Assembly (NCBI GenBank): GCA_035692045.1
Contig: DASSIJ010000277.1
Location: 1-58,919, forward strand
Length of the DNA stretch: 58,919 nt
Direction of reading: 5' to 3'
From: Pseudolabrys sp.
GTDB lineage: Bacteria; Pseudomonadota; Alphaproteobacteria; Rhizobiales; Xanthobacteraceae
Position numbers and translations under genes: made by a program. The notes beneath the pieces were generated by a model. The model searched no databases. It was not told the DNA's origin and was given only the letters and a program-made list of their open reading frames with translations. Shown here in pieces: positions 17,429-27,290 of this stretch; within the stretch, counting starts at the first letter, position 1; each line of letters starts with the position of its first letter.

Positions 17429-19147
17429 ATGAAGATCCAGCGAAACTTATGGCTTAGTTTGTTTGCGATATTCGTTGCGGCAGCAAGCGTGCCTCAACAG
17501 GCTTCTGCGCAGGCGCAGAGCAAACCGAACATCGTCTTCATCATGGGCGATGACATCGGTTGGATGCAGCCGAGTATCTATCATCGCGGCCTGATGGTCG
17601 GAGAGACGCCGAACATCGACCAGATCGGCCAGGAAGGCGCGATGTTCACCGACTACTACGCGGAGCAAAGCTGCACCGCGGGCCGGAATGCATTCTTTAC
17701 CGGCATGCATCCGCTGCGCACCGGCATGATTCCGCCGCAACTCCCCGGCAGCCCGTCTTACCTGAAGCCCGGCACCCCGGCGCTCGCCAAGTTTTTACTC
17801 GACCTCGGATACAACACCGGCGAGTTCGGCAAAAACCATCTGGGCGACCACACCGATGCCCTGCCGACCGCGCACGGCTTCCAGGAATTCTGGGGCTATT
17901 TATATCACCTGGATGCGATGCAGGGGGTGAGCTTCCCCGACATCAACAAATCTCCAACGCAGCAGACCGTCGCACCACCGTGCAGGAACACGCCGATCCC
18001 TGGCCTGGCCGAGGTCCCGGGCGCCGTCGATCCCAAGACCACGCTCTGCTTGATGCCTCCGCGCCCGGTGCTGTGGTGCAAGTCCTCCGATGGCAGCTCG
18101 AAGAACCAGACCTGCCAGGATCAGGGGCCGCTTACATTGGAGCGGTCAAAGACCGTGGACGAGGAAATCTCCGCGAAAGTCGTCGACTTCCTCGATCGCA
18201 ACGATCCGCGTCGCACCAACAAGCCGTTCTTCGTCTGGTACAACCCGGCCCGCATGCACATCACCACCGTGCTGCCGGACAAGTACCTGGCAATGGTCGG
18301 TGAGCCGGGCGGCAAGGACTGGGGCGTCAACGAAGCCGGTATGAAGCAGATGGACGACAATATCGGCGTGGTTCTGCAGAAGATCGAGCAGATGGGCCAG
18401 ACCAACAACACCATCGTCGTCTTCACCACCGACAACGGCGCCGAGACCATCACCTTCCCGGACGGCGGCGTGACGCCCTTCAAGGGCGGCAAGCTGACCA
18501 CCTGGGAGGGCGGCATGCGCGCCCCGATGGTGATTCGCTGGCCCGGCGTGATCAAGCCCGGCACGGTCAAGAACGACATGTTTGCATCTCTCGATTGGAT
18601 GCCCACCCTCGTCAACATCGCCGGCGGCCCGAAGGGCGATGGACTGAAGAAGCAGATCGAGGCCGGCCAATACCCCGGCATCGTGAAGACGACGCTCGAC
18701 GGCGTCGACCAGCGTGACTTCCTGGAAGGCAAGTCACAAAAGTCGGCACGCGATACGTTCTTCTACTATTCCGGCAAGGACCCTTCGGCGGTTCGCTACA
18801 AGAACTGGAAGATGTACTTCGCGATGGTGTCCGACGCGCCCCAGGGCTTCATCACGGGCGTGGTCCCGTACCACTGGACGCAGGTCGTCAACGTCAAACG
18901 CGATCCCTTCGAGATTTCTATCGGCCAGCAATACAAGACGCTCTTTGGTATGGGCGGGGCAATTGCTTCTCCGTCCACCGCCTATGTCTATGACTGGAAC
19001 ATGCTGCCCATTGGCCAGGCACTCTGGCTGAGGGAGCTCGAGAGCTACATTCCGTTCCCGCCGCTGCAAAATCCGGCGAGCTACAATCTGGACCAGGTCT
19101 TGCAGCAGGTGAAAGACATGAAAGCGTCCAGTCACGCGGGCGAATAA
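17429..19147 (+). CDS. Secreted arylsulfatase-family enzyme (Cys-type)
   Basis: KPNIVFIMGDDIG, TPNIDQI, SCTAGRNAFFTG (CxAxR), GKNHLG, TTDNG, WEGGMRAP. Confidence 0.92.
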   Translation: MKIQRNLWLSLFAIFVAAASVPQQASAQAQSKPNIVFIMGDDIGWMQPSIYHRGLMVGETPNIDQIGQEGAMFTDYYAEQSCTAGRNAFFTGMHPLRTGMIPPQLPGSPSYLKPGTPALAKFLLDLGYNTGEFGKNHLGDHTDALPTAHGFQEFWGYLYHLDAMQGVSFPDINKSPTQQTVAPPCRNTPIPGLAEVPGAVDPKTTLCLMPPRPVLWCKSSDGSSKNQTCQDQGPLTLERSKTVDEEISAKVVDFLDRNDPRRTNKPFFVWYNPARMHITTVLPDKYLAMVGEPGGKDWGVNEAGMKQMDDNIGVVLQKIEQMGQTNNTIVVFTTDNGAETITFPDGGVTPFKGGKLTTWEGGMRAPMVIRWPGVIKPGTVKNDMFASLDWMPTLVNIAGGPKGDGLKKQIEAGQYPGIVKTTLDGVDQRDFLEGKSQKSARDTFFYYSGKDPSAVRYKNWKMYFAMVSDAPQGFITGVVPYHWTQVVNVKRDPFEISIGQQYKTLFGMGGAIASPSTAYVYDWNMLPIGQALWLRELESYIPFPPLQNPASYNLDQVLQQVKDMKASSHAGE

Positions 19148-19158
19148 TCGCCAGAGCT

Positions 19159-19189
19159 ATACGGGCGCCCAGGCAATGGGCGCCCGTAT
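19159..19189 (+). terminator. 13-bp perfect hairpin after sulfatase
   Basis: ATACGGGCGCCCA-ggcaa-TGGGCGCCCGTAT. Confidence 0.65.
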
Positions 19190-19281
19190 CGCTTCCTCGC
19201 GCTTGAAATTCGCTTGGACTGATCCGGAGAAAATCACAAATTGGGCGCAGCGACCATCTGCGGCCAGGAGCAATACCGGCC

Positions 19282-19297
19282 TTTCCCTTTAGGGCAA
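19282..19297. promoter_or_regulatory. 16-bp palindromic motif copy 5
   Basis: TTTCCC-TTTA-GGGCAA upstream of HAD hydrolase. Confidence 0.6.
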
Positions 19298-19450
19298 TTG
19301 AAGCCGTCCGGGCCCGAGTCGAAGATGGCCGGACAAAATCATCGCCAGGCTGAAGTCCGCTGAGAAATGCAGCGCGACCCACGTCCAGGTGCATTTGGAG
19401 ACCCTATGAAACGCGGATCCAGGGCCGGTTTCACGAACGGGAGACAACCG

Positions 19451-20470
19451 ATGCGTCCATTCATTTACGCTCACAGACGCGCCGTCTTGGCGGGGCTGCT
19501 GATGTCGGCAGCCGGCGCCGCACTCTCCAGGTCGCCTGCATTGGCACAAAGCGATCCGCTTCCATCATGGAATGACGGCAAGAGCAAGCAATCAATCCTC
19601 GACTTTGTCGCCAACGTGACACGCGAGGGCTCACCTGGCTTTGTGCCCCCACCCCAACGTGTTGCAACCTTCGACAACGACGGCACGCTGTGGGTGGAAC
19701 ATCCGATGTACACCCAGCTCGCCTTTGCGCTTGACCAGGTGAAGGTCCTTGCACCTCAGCATCCGGAATGGAAGGAGAAACAGCCATTCAAGGCAGTTTT
19801 GGATGGTGACATGCGGGCTCTTGCCGCGACGGGCGAGCGCGGTCTGGTCGAGTTGCTCATGGCGACGCACGCCAACATGAGCACCCAAGACTTCGAGCGC
19901 GTCGTCACGGATTGGATTTCGACCGCCCGGCACCCGCGCTTCAAGCAGCCTTATACCGACTGCGTGTATCAACCGATGATCGAATTGCTTGCGTATCTGC
20001 GGGCGAACGGCTTCAAGACCTATATTGTGTCAGGCGGCGGCATCGAATTCATGCGGCCGTGGACCGAGCGGGTCTATGGCGTTCCGCCGGAGCAGGTTGT
20101 GGGATCGAGCATCAAGACACGTTACGTGCTGCGTGACGACATTCCGATATTACTACGCCTTCCCGATGTGAATTTTGTTGACGACGGGCCTGGCAAGCCG
20201 GTTGGAATCAACGAACACATAGGGCGACGGCCCATCGCTGCATTCGGCAATTCGGACGGCGACCTTCAGATGCTCGAATGGACCACCAAGGCGGCCGCCA
20301 CTCCGGCGCTTGCCCTGATCGTCCACCACACCGACGCTGAGCGCGAATATGCCTACGATCGCGACACTCATTTTGGCAAGCTCGACAAGGCCCTTGACGC
20401 GGCCAAGCTTAACAATTGGACTGTTGTTTCTATGAAGGATGACTGGAAGCGTATCTTCAAATTTCAATAG
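19451..20470 (+). CDS. Secreted HAD-family hydrolase (NapD-like phosphatase), probable Tat substrate
   Basis: FDNDGTLW motif I, IVSGGG, GKP, FGNSDGD; RRAVL twin-arginine-like leader. Confidence 0.88.
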   Translation: MRPFIYAHRRAVLAGLLMSAAGAALSRSPALAQSDPLPSWNDGKSKQSILDFVANVTREGSPGFVPPPQRVATFDNDGTLWVEHPMYTQLAFALDQVKVLAPQHPEWKEKQPFKAVLDGDMRALAATGERGLVELLMATHANMSTQDFERVVTDWISTARHPRFKQPYTDCVYQPMIELLAYLRANGFKTYIVSGGGIEFMRPWTERVYGVPPEQVVGSSIKTRYVLRDDIPILLRLPDVNFVDDGPGKPVGINEHIGRRPIAAFGNSDGDLQMLEWTTKAAATPALALIVHHTDAEREYAYDRDTHFGKLDKALDAAKLNNWTVVSMKDDWKRIFKFQ

Positions 20471-20539
20471 TCAGACTCGCCTGCCCAGAAGGCGACAGCG
20501 CGCCGCGAGAATGAACGCTGGGTACTCAGGAGAGAGAAC

Positions 20540-20869
20540 ATGACCAAGCTTGAGATATTGGCTGCAACGGTGGCGGTCGTGATCTGCGCATCGCCACTTG
20601 CCGTGCGTGCCGACGAGGTGCCGACTTACGATGTCAATAAGAGTTGCAAGGCCGACGTGCAGGCCTATCAGGGTACGGGAACCCGGGCGGGATGCATGAC
20701 CGATGAACAAAATGCCCGGCAAATGCTCGTGAGCCAATGGACGCAATTTGCACCGGAAAACAGAGCGAGGTGCACGCAAATGGTCAGCGATCCTGCCGGC
20801 CCGCAGAGCTATGTGGAGTTGCTCACCTGCCTTCAAATGGCGAAGGACGTGAAATCTTTGCCCAAGTGA
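20540..20869 (+). CDS. Small secreted 4-Cys hypothetical protein
   Basis: AGGAG RBS; signal peptide; VPTYDVNKSC..C..DEQNAR..W..C..SYVELLTCL pattern. Confidence 0.8.
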   Translation: MTKLEILAATVAVVICASPLAVRADEVPTYDVNKSCKADVQAYQGTGTRAGCMTDEQNARQMLVSQWTQFAPENRARCTQMVSDPAGPQSYVELLTCLQMAKDVKSLPK

Positions 20870-20879
20870 TCCGCCCCGC

Positions 20880-23246
20880 GTGAACTTTCGCGGCAGAAAC
20901 GGAATCCTGGCCGCCGGCTGCGTGGCGGCGCTTTTGGTTTTTTTATTCGGGGGTCTTTGGCAGCTTTTGCACGCGCCGGTGGCGCGTGCCGCGGATAACC
21001 GGGCCCCCGCGTTCGTTGGCAGTGAAACCTGCGCCGGCTGTCATCAATCCGAAACGAACCTGTGGCGTTCCTCGCAGCACGAACGAGCCATGGCTCATGC
21101 TACGGACAAGACCGTCCTGGGCGATTTCAACGACGCGAGTTTCGACTATTACGGGGTACGCTCGCGTTTTTTTCGTAAGGATGGACAATTCTTTGTCGAG
21201 ACTGATGGACCCGATGGAAAGCTCGACGCTTTCCAGGTGAAATACACGTTCGGCGTCGACCCGCTTCAACAATATCTGGTCGAGTTTTCTGACGGGCGCG
21301 TGCAGGCACTCTCAATCGCGTGGGACAGCCGCCCGAAGGACAAAGGCGGCCAGCGCTGGCTGCACCTCTATCCCAATGAGCAAATCAAGCACGACGACAT
21401 TCTTCATTGGACCAAGCTCAATCAGAACTGGAATTTTATGTGCGCCGAATGCCATTCGACCGGCATTCGCAAGAACTACAATGCGGCAAACGATCGCTAT
21501 GCGACAACCTGGACGGAGATCAGCGTCGGCTGCGAGGCCTGTCATGGCCAGGGATCCAACCATGTGGTCTGGGCGCAGGCCCAAAAGAGCTGGTGGCCGT
21601 TCGGCAAGACGAAGGATGCGACGAAAGGATTGCTGGTTCAATTTGACGAGCGCGCCGGCGTCACGTGGACGCAAAACGACCGAACCGGGATGCCTCAGCG
21701 CAATGGAATGCCGCTAGGGCCGCGCAAAGAGGTGGAAACGTGTGGGCTGTGCCACGCGAGGCGCGATCCGTTTTCCGACAACTGGATTCCCGGACAACCG
21801 CTGTCAAACACACATTTGCCCACGCCGATCATCCGCACATCGTCTTACCCGGATGGTCAGATGCGCGACATCGAGGAAATTTACAACTACCTGCCGTTCA
21901 GGCAGAGCAGGATGTTTGCTGCGGGCGTGACCTGCAGCGACTGTCACGATCCGCACAGCGCCGCGCTGCGTGCGCCTGGAGATGGCGTGTGTGGGCAATG
22001 CCACGTGGCAAGCAAGTATGAGACCGTTTCACACCGCCACCATGAGAGTGTGAGCGGCTCGATACCCTGTGCGTCCTGCCACATGCCTGAGCGCAAATAC
22101 ATGATCGTCGACCGGCGGCACGATCACAGCTTCCGGATTCCCCGGCCGGATCAGTCGGCGAAGTTGGGTACTCCGAATGCATGCAACGATTGTCACACCG
22201 ACAAGCCCGCCCAATGGGCGGCGAGCGCCGTGGAGACGTGGTACGGGCCGCAGCGGAAAGGGTTCCAGACCTATGGGGAGGCTTTCCACTCCGCATGGAC
22301 GGGACAGGCAGATGCTGGAAAGCTCCTTGGTCAGGTGGCATCGGACGCCAACGTCCCTGCCGTTGCCCGGGCCAGCGCGTTGACGGCATTGTCGGCTTAT
22401 CTTTCGCCAGCCAATGTCAATCTGGCCCAGAAGGGGCTTGCGGATAGCGATCCCATGGTGCGCGGCGGTGCTCTTTCGATGTTGGAGGGCGTTCCGGCCA
22501 ATCAACTATGGCCACTCGTTTCACCTTTGCTGTCGGATCCAATCACAGGCGTGCGCATCAGGGCCGTATCGCTGCTTGCGGGGGTCCCGACCACGAGCCA
22601 ACCAGGCGCCGATCGTGAAAGTTTCGACCGGGCTGCAGCCGAATTTCTCGCCGCGCAGCGTCTCAACGCGGATCGGCCAGAAGCGCGAACGACCCTCGCC
22701 AATTTCCTGGCGCAGCGCGGCCAATCTGCCGAAGCTGAAACCGAATACAAAGCAGCACTGAAGTTAAGTCCGCAATTTACGCCTGCTGCGATCAATTTAG
22801 CGGATCTTTATCGCGCATTGGATCGCGGCCCCGACGGATTGAAGGTCCTGCGCGAGGCCGTCGCCGCGGTGCCTCAGGATGCAGGCCTTCATTACGCGTT
22901 TGGATTGGCGCTCATTCGTCAGAAACAGAACGATGAGGCGCTTGCCGAACTACGTCGCGCCACCGAACTGGCGCCTGATCAGTCCCAATACGCTTACGTC
23001 TATGCCGTCGGTCAGCATTCTGCAGGCCACGTCGAAGATGCGATCACGACCCTCAAGGAAAATTTGAACAAGCATCCGGTCGACCGGCAGACATTGCAGG
23101 CGCTCGTCGCCTTCAACCGCGACGCGGGAAATATCGCGTCGGCTTTGGATTACGCGCAACGTTTGGCTCGGTCCGCTCCGGAGGACAGGCGGATTGCGGA
23201 TCTGGTCGAAGGCCTTAAGCGGCAATTGGAATCGCCGCAGCGGTAG
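20880..23246 (+). CDS. Octaheme cytochrome c with HEAT-like and TPR repeats
   Basis: Eight CxxCH motifs (CAGCH, CAECH, CEACH, CGLCH, CSDCH, CGQCH, CASCH, CNDCH); LADSDPMVR and LLSDPITGVR HEAT-like repeats; C-terminal TPRs. Confidence 0.88.
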   Translation: MNFRGRNGILAAGCVAALLVFLFGGLWQLLHAPVARAADNRAPAFVGSETCAGCHQSETNLWRSSQHERAMAHATDKTVLGDFNDASFDYYGVRSRFFRKDGQFFVETDGPDGKLDAFQVKYTFGVDPLQQYLVEFSDGRVQALSIAWDSRPKDKGGQRWLHLYPNEQIKHDDILHWTKLNQNWNFMCAECHSTGIRKNYNAANDRYATTWTEISVGCEACHGQGSNHVVWAQAQKSWWPFGKTKDATKGLLVQFDERAGVTWTQNDRTGMPQRNGMPLGPRKEVETCGLCHARRDPFSDNWIPGQPLSNTHLPTPIIRTSSYPDGQMRDIEEIYNYLPFRQSRMFAAGVTCSDCHDPHSAALRAPGDGVCGQCHVASKYETVSHRHHESVSGSIPCASCHMPERKYMIVDRRHDHSFRIPRPDQSAKLGTPNACNDCHTDKPAQWAASAVETWYGPQRKGFQTYGEAFHSAWTGQADAGKLLGQVASDANVPAVARASALTALSAYLSPANVNLAQKGLADSDPMVRGGALSMLEGVPANQLWPLVSPLLSDPITGVRIRAVSLLAGVPTTSQPGADRESFDRAAAEFLAAQRLNADRPEARTTLANFLAQRGQSAEAETEYKAALKLSPQFTPAAINLADLYRALDRGPDGLKVLREAVAAVPQDAGLHYAFGLALIRQKQNDEALAELRRATELAPDQSQYAYVYAVGQHSAGHVEDAITTLKENLNKHPVDRQTLQALVAFNRDAGNIASALDYAQRLARSAPEDRRIADLVEGLKRQLESPQR

Positions 23247-23266
23247 TGTTGGCGCCCCAATTTGAA

Positions 23267-23296
23267 AAGCCCTCGGATCAGTTGACCCGAGGGCTT
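23267..23296. terminator. Bidirectional intrinsic terminator
   Basis: AAGCCCTCGG-atcagttgac-CCGAGGGCTT with A/T tails, between convergent genes. Confidence 0.7.
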
Positions 23297-23323
23297 GTTG
23301 ATTTTCTTCTCGCGAAGAAAAGC

Positions 23324-24175
23324 CTACTTCGCTGCGACGACCTTCTGCCGCTGCTCGCCCAGCTTCTCAATACCGAGCGTCACGACATCGCCAGCTTTTA
23401 GAAACACCGGCGTAGGCTTCATCCCGAAGCCGACGCCTGGCGGCGTGCCTGTGATGATGATGTCGCCCGGCTCCATCACGAAAAACTGCGAGCAGTACCA
23501 CACCAGATGCTCGCATCCGAAGATCATGGTCTTCGTGTTGCCGCGTTGGCGCTTCTCGCCATTGACGTCGAGCCACATGTCCAAATTCTGCGGGTCCTTG
23601 ATCTCATCCTTGGTCACGAACCAGGGACCGACCGGCCCGAAGGTCTCGCAGCTTTTGCCCTTGTTCCACTGGCCGCCGCTGCGCTCGATCTGGAACACGC
23701 GCTCGGATACGTCGTTGCCCAGGAAATATCCGGCAATGGCGTCCTTTGCCTTGTCCTGCGTCAGATAGCGCGCCCGCTTGCCGATGACGATGCCGAGTTC
23801 GACCTCCCAGTCGAGCTTGCTCGATTCGCGCGGAGTGATCGTGTCGTCGTTCGGCCCGCAAATGCAGCTCGGGGCCTTGTTGAAGATGATCGGCTCCTTC
23901 GGAATCGGCATACCCGCTTCCGCCGCGTGGTCGGAATAGTTGAGCCCGATGGCAATGAAGTTGCGCACGTTGCCAATGCAGGGGCCAAGTCGCGGCTTGC
24001 CGGATACAGGCTTCATCCGCTTGAGGTTTGCCTTCCTGATTTTCGCAAGGCCACCCGAGGCGAGCATCTCGCCATCGATGTCCTTCACGATGCGTGACAG
24101 GTCGCGGATCTTGCCGTCGTCACCGATGATGCCGGGTTTCTCGCGGCCGGGCGCGCCAAAGCGAACGAGCTTCAT
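23324..24175 (-). CDS. Fumarylacetoacetate hydrolase family protein
   Basis: MKLVRFGAPGREKPG, IGLNYSDHA, DWEVELG, NDVSER, GDIIITGTPPGVG; GGGAG RBS before ATG 24175. Confidence 0.92.
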   Translation of the reverse strand: MKLVRFGAPGREKPGIIGDDGKIRDLSRIVKDIDGEMLASGGLAKIRKANLKRMKPVSGKPRLGPCIGNVRNFIAIGLNYSDHAAEAGMPIPKEPIIFNKAPSCICGPNDDTITPRESSKLDWEVELGIVIGKRARYLTQDKAKDAIAGYFLGNDVSERVFQIERSGGQWNKGKSCETFGPVGPWFVTKDEIKDPQNLDMWLDVNGEKRQRGNTKTMIFGCEHLVWYCSQFFVMEPGDIIITGTPPGVGFGMKPTPVFLKAGDVVTLGIEKLGEQRQKVVAAK

Positions 24176-24500
24176 TTGAAAGTGTCTCCCGTGAGCGTTC
24201 TGTTTTTGAAGGTTAGAGGTCGTTGGTTGGCGCATCATGCATGGCCATGGGCGGGGAGCAACCCTCCTTTGCAGAATGAAGGAACGGGCGCAGGGGCAAA
24301 AGCTCCACAAGATCAGGCCTTTGCGCCCGTGCGCGTCGTAGTTAGCAGAGTCCTGCGCATTTACACGTCTTTTGATGATCAGTTTCACCGCTCGATAAAT
24401 AGGCAGACCTACGATGTCATCGGCCGTTTCCGTCTGACGTTTGGCCAAAAGGCAGACCTCGCGGCAGTCGCGCGGATGCCGTGTATCGACGGAGGCAGCG

Positions 24501-24749
24501 ATGGACGAAAGACGAAGACTAAAGCGCTTACGCGCCCTGAAGGCGGGCACGATCTCTTTCAACCGTGCCGGCGGCATCACTTGCCGTGTGCGTAACATGT
24601 CGCCCGCCGGCGCGTGCCTCGAAGTTTCGAGCCAGGTCGGCATTCCGGACAATTTCGTGCTGGTCGTCAGCTACGACAAATTCAGTCAGACTTGCCATGT
24701 GATCTGGCGCTCGGACACGCGCCTGGGCGTGGAGTTTCGCCCTGCCTGA
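24501..24749 (+). CDS. Single PilZ-domain protein
   Basis: ERRRLKR (RxxxR) and NMSPAGA (D/NxSxxG); GGAGG RBS. Confidence 0.88.
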   Translation: MDERRRLKRLRALKAGTISFNRAGGITCRVRNMSPAGACLEVSSQVGIPDNFVLVVSYDKFSQTCHVIWRSDTRLGVEFRPA

Positions 24750-25025
24750 AGCGGTTCGCGGCTGTGACGGGATAGTCTTACCTCCCGCGCGGCAGAGCCG
24801 CGGTCGGCAAATTTCCAGTGCCTAACGGTTGACGAACCCTGACATTCGATCTGCTGCAGTGCAGTAGAGAGCCTGTGTCATCGCCGCAACAGGCGCGTTA
24901 TTTTTGCCGTCAGCGCCACCATTCCATGGGTTCTTAAGGGTGCCGCTATTGTCCCTCGACCAACCTCCCGTCACGATGTCAATACGCAGGGCGGACGGCG
25001 CGACTCAGCTGGGGGACTCACTTCA

Positions 25026-26354
25026 ATGTCAGGTCGGGGTTGGACAGGCTATTTGCGCTCGGGCACCGCGCTCGGGTTTTTGGTAATTGCGACTGCGCAG
25101 GCGAGCGCGGGCGGTTTCGGCATCCGGGAGCAAAGCGCATACGGGCAGGGCACATCGTTTGCGGGTATTGCCGCGGGCGGGGCGCTGTCATCGATGTTCT
25201 GGAATCCGGCTACGATGACTCAGGTGCCGGGCATTCAGAGCGAATCGGATGTGGCTGGCCTCCTCCCTTATAGCGCACACAATCCGGGACCCGGCAGTGC
25301 GCTCGGAGCATTCGGCGGCACGACAAATACGGCAGAGGGCGCTTTTGTTCCGGCCAGCTATCTCTCGTATCAGCTCAATCCAAACCTCTGGCTCGGCGTC
25401 TCGATCAATGCGCCGTTCGGACTCTCGGTGAGCTTTCCTGACCGATGGGCGGGCCGCGATTTCGCCGCCGGCCCCACCAACTTGCATACATACAACGCCA
25501 CACCGAGCATCGCTTACCGAATCAATGACTGGATCAGCGTTGGCGCCGGCGTGCAGATCCAGTACGCAACGGAAGTCCTGACACAGGGCCTCGGGGCCAC
25601 ACCGGGCTTGCAAGCCGTTATCAAAGGCAATGGATGGGGCTACGGTTTCACCGCCGGCGCCACTTTCACGCCAACGCCCACGACCACGATCGGACTTGGC
25701 TGGCGCTCATACGTTGATCAGAAAATCGACTCCACGCTGAGTACGTCAGCGGTGCTCCCCCTCACCACAATCGGATCGATCGATACCACGGTCAAAGCCC
25801 CCGACACCGTATCGCTTGGCATTCGCCAGGGCCTGGGTCCGCTCTGGACAGTCATGGCGACGGCCGAATGGTCGAACTGGAGCCGCATCGGCACCTCGGT
25901 GTGGACGACGCCAAGCGGCGGAGCCGCCACGATCGGCGGCGTGCCGGTGACATTGCCGTTCCAGTATAAGGACGGCTGGTTCTTCTCGGGCGGCGCCGAA
26001 TACAAGTGGACCGACCGGCTGACCGTGCGCGGTGGCGTCGGCTATGAACTTTCGCCGATTGACGATCGGGTCCGCACGCCGCTCATTCCGGACAATGACC
26101 GGTTCTGGGCATCGGTCGGTGCAACCTGGCAGGTCTTCAAAGGCCTGCACTTCGATCTCGCCTATTCCCACCTCTGGGTGAAGGACCCGACGGTTAATAT
26201 TTCGGCAGGGTCCGGCAATCCGTGGTTTATCCCAGGAGCTACTGCACCCTATGTCGGGACGACAAATGCGCACGTCGACATTTTCTCAGGCTCGCTCGTT
26301 TTCCGCTGGGATGAGCCGGCGGCGGCACCGGCAACAAGGCTGATTACCAAATAA
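25026..26354 (+). CDS. fadL: FadL/OmpP1 family outer-membrane hydrophobic-compound channel
   Basis: AGGFGIREQSAYGQGTSFAG, MFWNPA, APFGL, PDNDRFW, DLAYSH motifs. Confidence 0.88.
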   Translation: MSGRGWTGYLRSGTALGFLVIATAQASAGGFGIREQSAYGQGTSFAGIAAGGALSSMFWNPATMTQVPGIQSESDVAGLLPYSAHNPGPGSALGAFGGTTNTAEGAFVPASYLSYQLNPNLWLGVSINAPFGLSVSFPDRWAGRDFAAGPTNLHTYNATPSIAYRINDWISVGAGVQIQYATEVLTQGLGATPGLQAVIKGNGWGYGFTAGATFTPTPTTTIGLGWRSYVDQKIDSTLSTSAVLPLTTIGSIDTTVKAPDTVSLGIRQGLGPLWTVMATAEWSNWSRIGTSVWTTPSGGAATIGGVPVTLPFQYKDGWFFSGGAEYKWTDRLTVRGGVGYELSPIDDRVRTPLIPDNDRFWASVGATWQVFKGLHFDLAYSHLWVKDPTVNISAGSGNPWFIPGATAPYVGTTNAHVDIFSGSLVFRWDEPAAAPATRLITK

Positions 26355-26374
26355 CCTGCGAGGATGGGGTGGGG

Positions 26375-26409
26375 TGCAAAGGCCGGCAGCGATGCCGGCC
26401 TTTGCATTT
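26375..26409. terminator. Bidirectional intrinsic terminator
   Basis: TGCAAAGGCCGGCA-gcga-TGCCGGCCTTTGCA followed by TTT. Confidence 0.8.
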
Positions 26410-27189
26410 TCAAAGCGCGCCGTTGAACGTACCACCGTCAATCAGGAGATTCTGGCCGGTAATGTAGCCGGCGTGCGCCGAACACAGGAACGCGCAGGCG
26501 GCGCCGAACTCATCCGGGTTGCCGAAGCGTTTGGCTGGAATGGTGGCGATGCGGTCGGCAGCAACCTGGTCAACGCTCTTGCTCTTCTGTTCGGCAGTCT
26601 TGCTCAAGGTTCCGCGTAGACGGTCCGTATCGAAAGCGCCGGGCAATATATTGTTGATGGTCACGTTCTTGTCCGCCACCGTACGCGCGACGCCCGCGAG
26701 GAATGCAGTCAAACCGGCGCGCGCGCCTGACGACAGATCAAGACCCGCGAGCGGCATCTTCACCGAACTGGAGGTGATATTGATGATGCGCCCGAATTTG
26801 CGCTGGCACATCGGGTCGATCACTTTCTGGATCAACTCGACTGCCACCACCATGTTGGCGATGACACCGTCGATCATCTGCGCACGTGTGAGCTCACGGA
26901 AATTTCGCATCGGCGGGCCGCCATTATTGTTCACCAGAATATCCGGCTCCGGACAGGCAGCGAGCAGCGCCTTCTGACCCTCTGCGGTCGCAACGTCGGC
27001 GGCTACCGGGATCACCTTGACGCTCACGAGACTGGAAAGCTCGGCGGCGGTCGCTTCCAGCTTTTTGGCGTCGCGTCCGTTGATCACCACCTCGCAGCCG
27101 GCCTCCGCCAGGGCGCGCGCGCAGGCTTTGCCGAGCCCGCGGCTCGACGCGCAAACAATGGCCTTGCGGCCGGCAATTCCGAGATTCAT
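26410..27189 (-). CDS. SDR family oxidoreductase
   Basis: VCASSRGLG, DILVNNNGGPP, NNILPGAFDT, ITGQNLLIDGG. Confidence 0.92.
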   Translation of the reverse strand: MNLGIAGRKAIVCASSRGLGKACARALAEAGCEVVINGRDAKKLEATAAELSSLVSVKVIPVAADVATAEGQKALLAACPEPDILVNNNGGPPMRNFRELTRAQMIDGVIANMVVAVELIQKVIDPMCQRKFGRIINITSSSVKMPLAGLDLSSGARAGLTAFLAGVARTVADKNVTINNILPGAFDTDRLRGTLSKTAEQKSKSVDQVAADRIATIPAKRFGNPDEFGAACAFLCSAHAGYITGQNLLIDGGTFNGAL

Positions 27190-27290
27190 GGAGTCCTCAT
27201 GAGTGCTGACGGTACGGGAGTTTTAGAGGCCGGACGGGGGGCGGGGTCAAGAGGCCACCCAATCAGTCGATGCACGCGCGCGACAGCTTC

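Noticed and set aside
20481-20496. Possible sixth copy of the 16-bp palindrome (CTGCCC-AGAA-GGCGAC)
   Set aside because: Right half-site and spacer deviate too much from the other five
24176-24652. Apparent N-terminal extension of the FAH-family protein
   Set aside because: Overlaps the PilZ gene; an RBS and family-typical start are present at 24175
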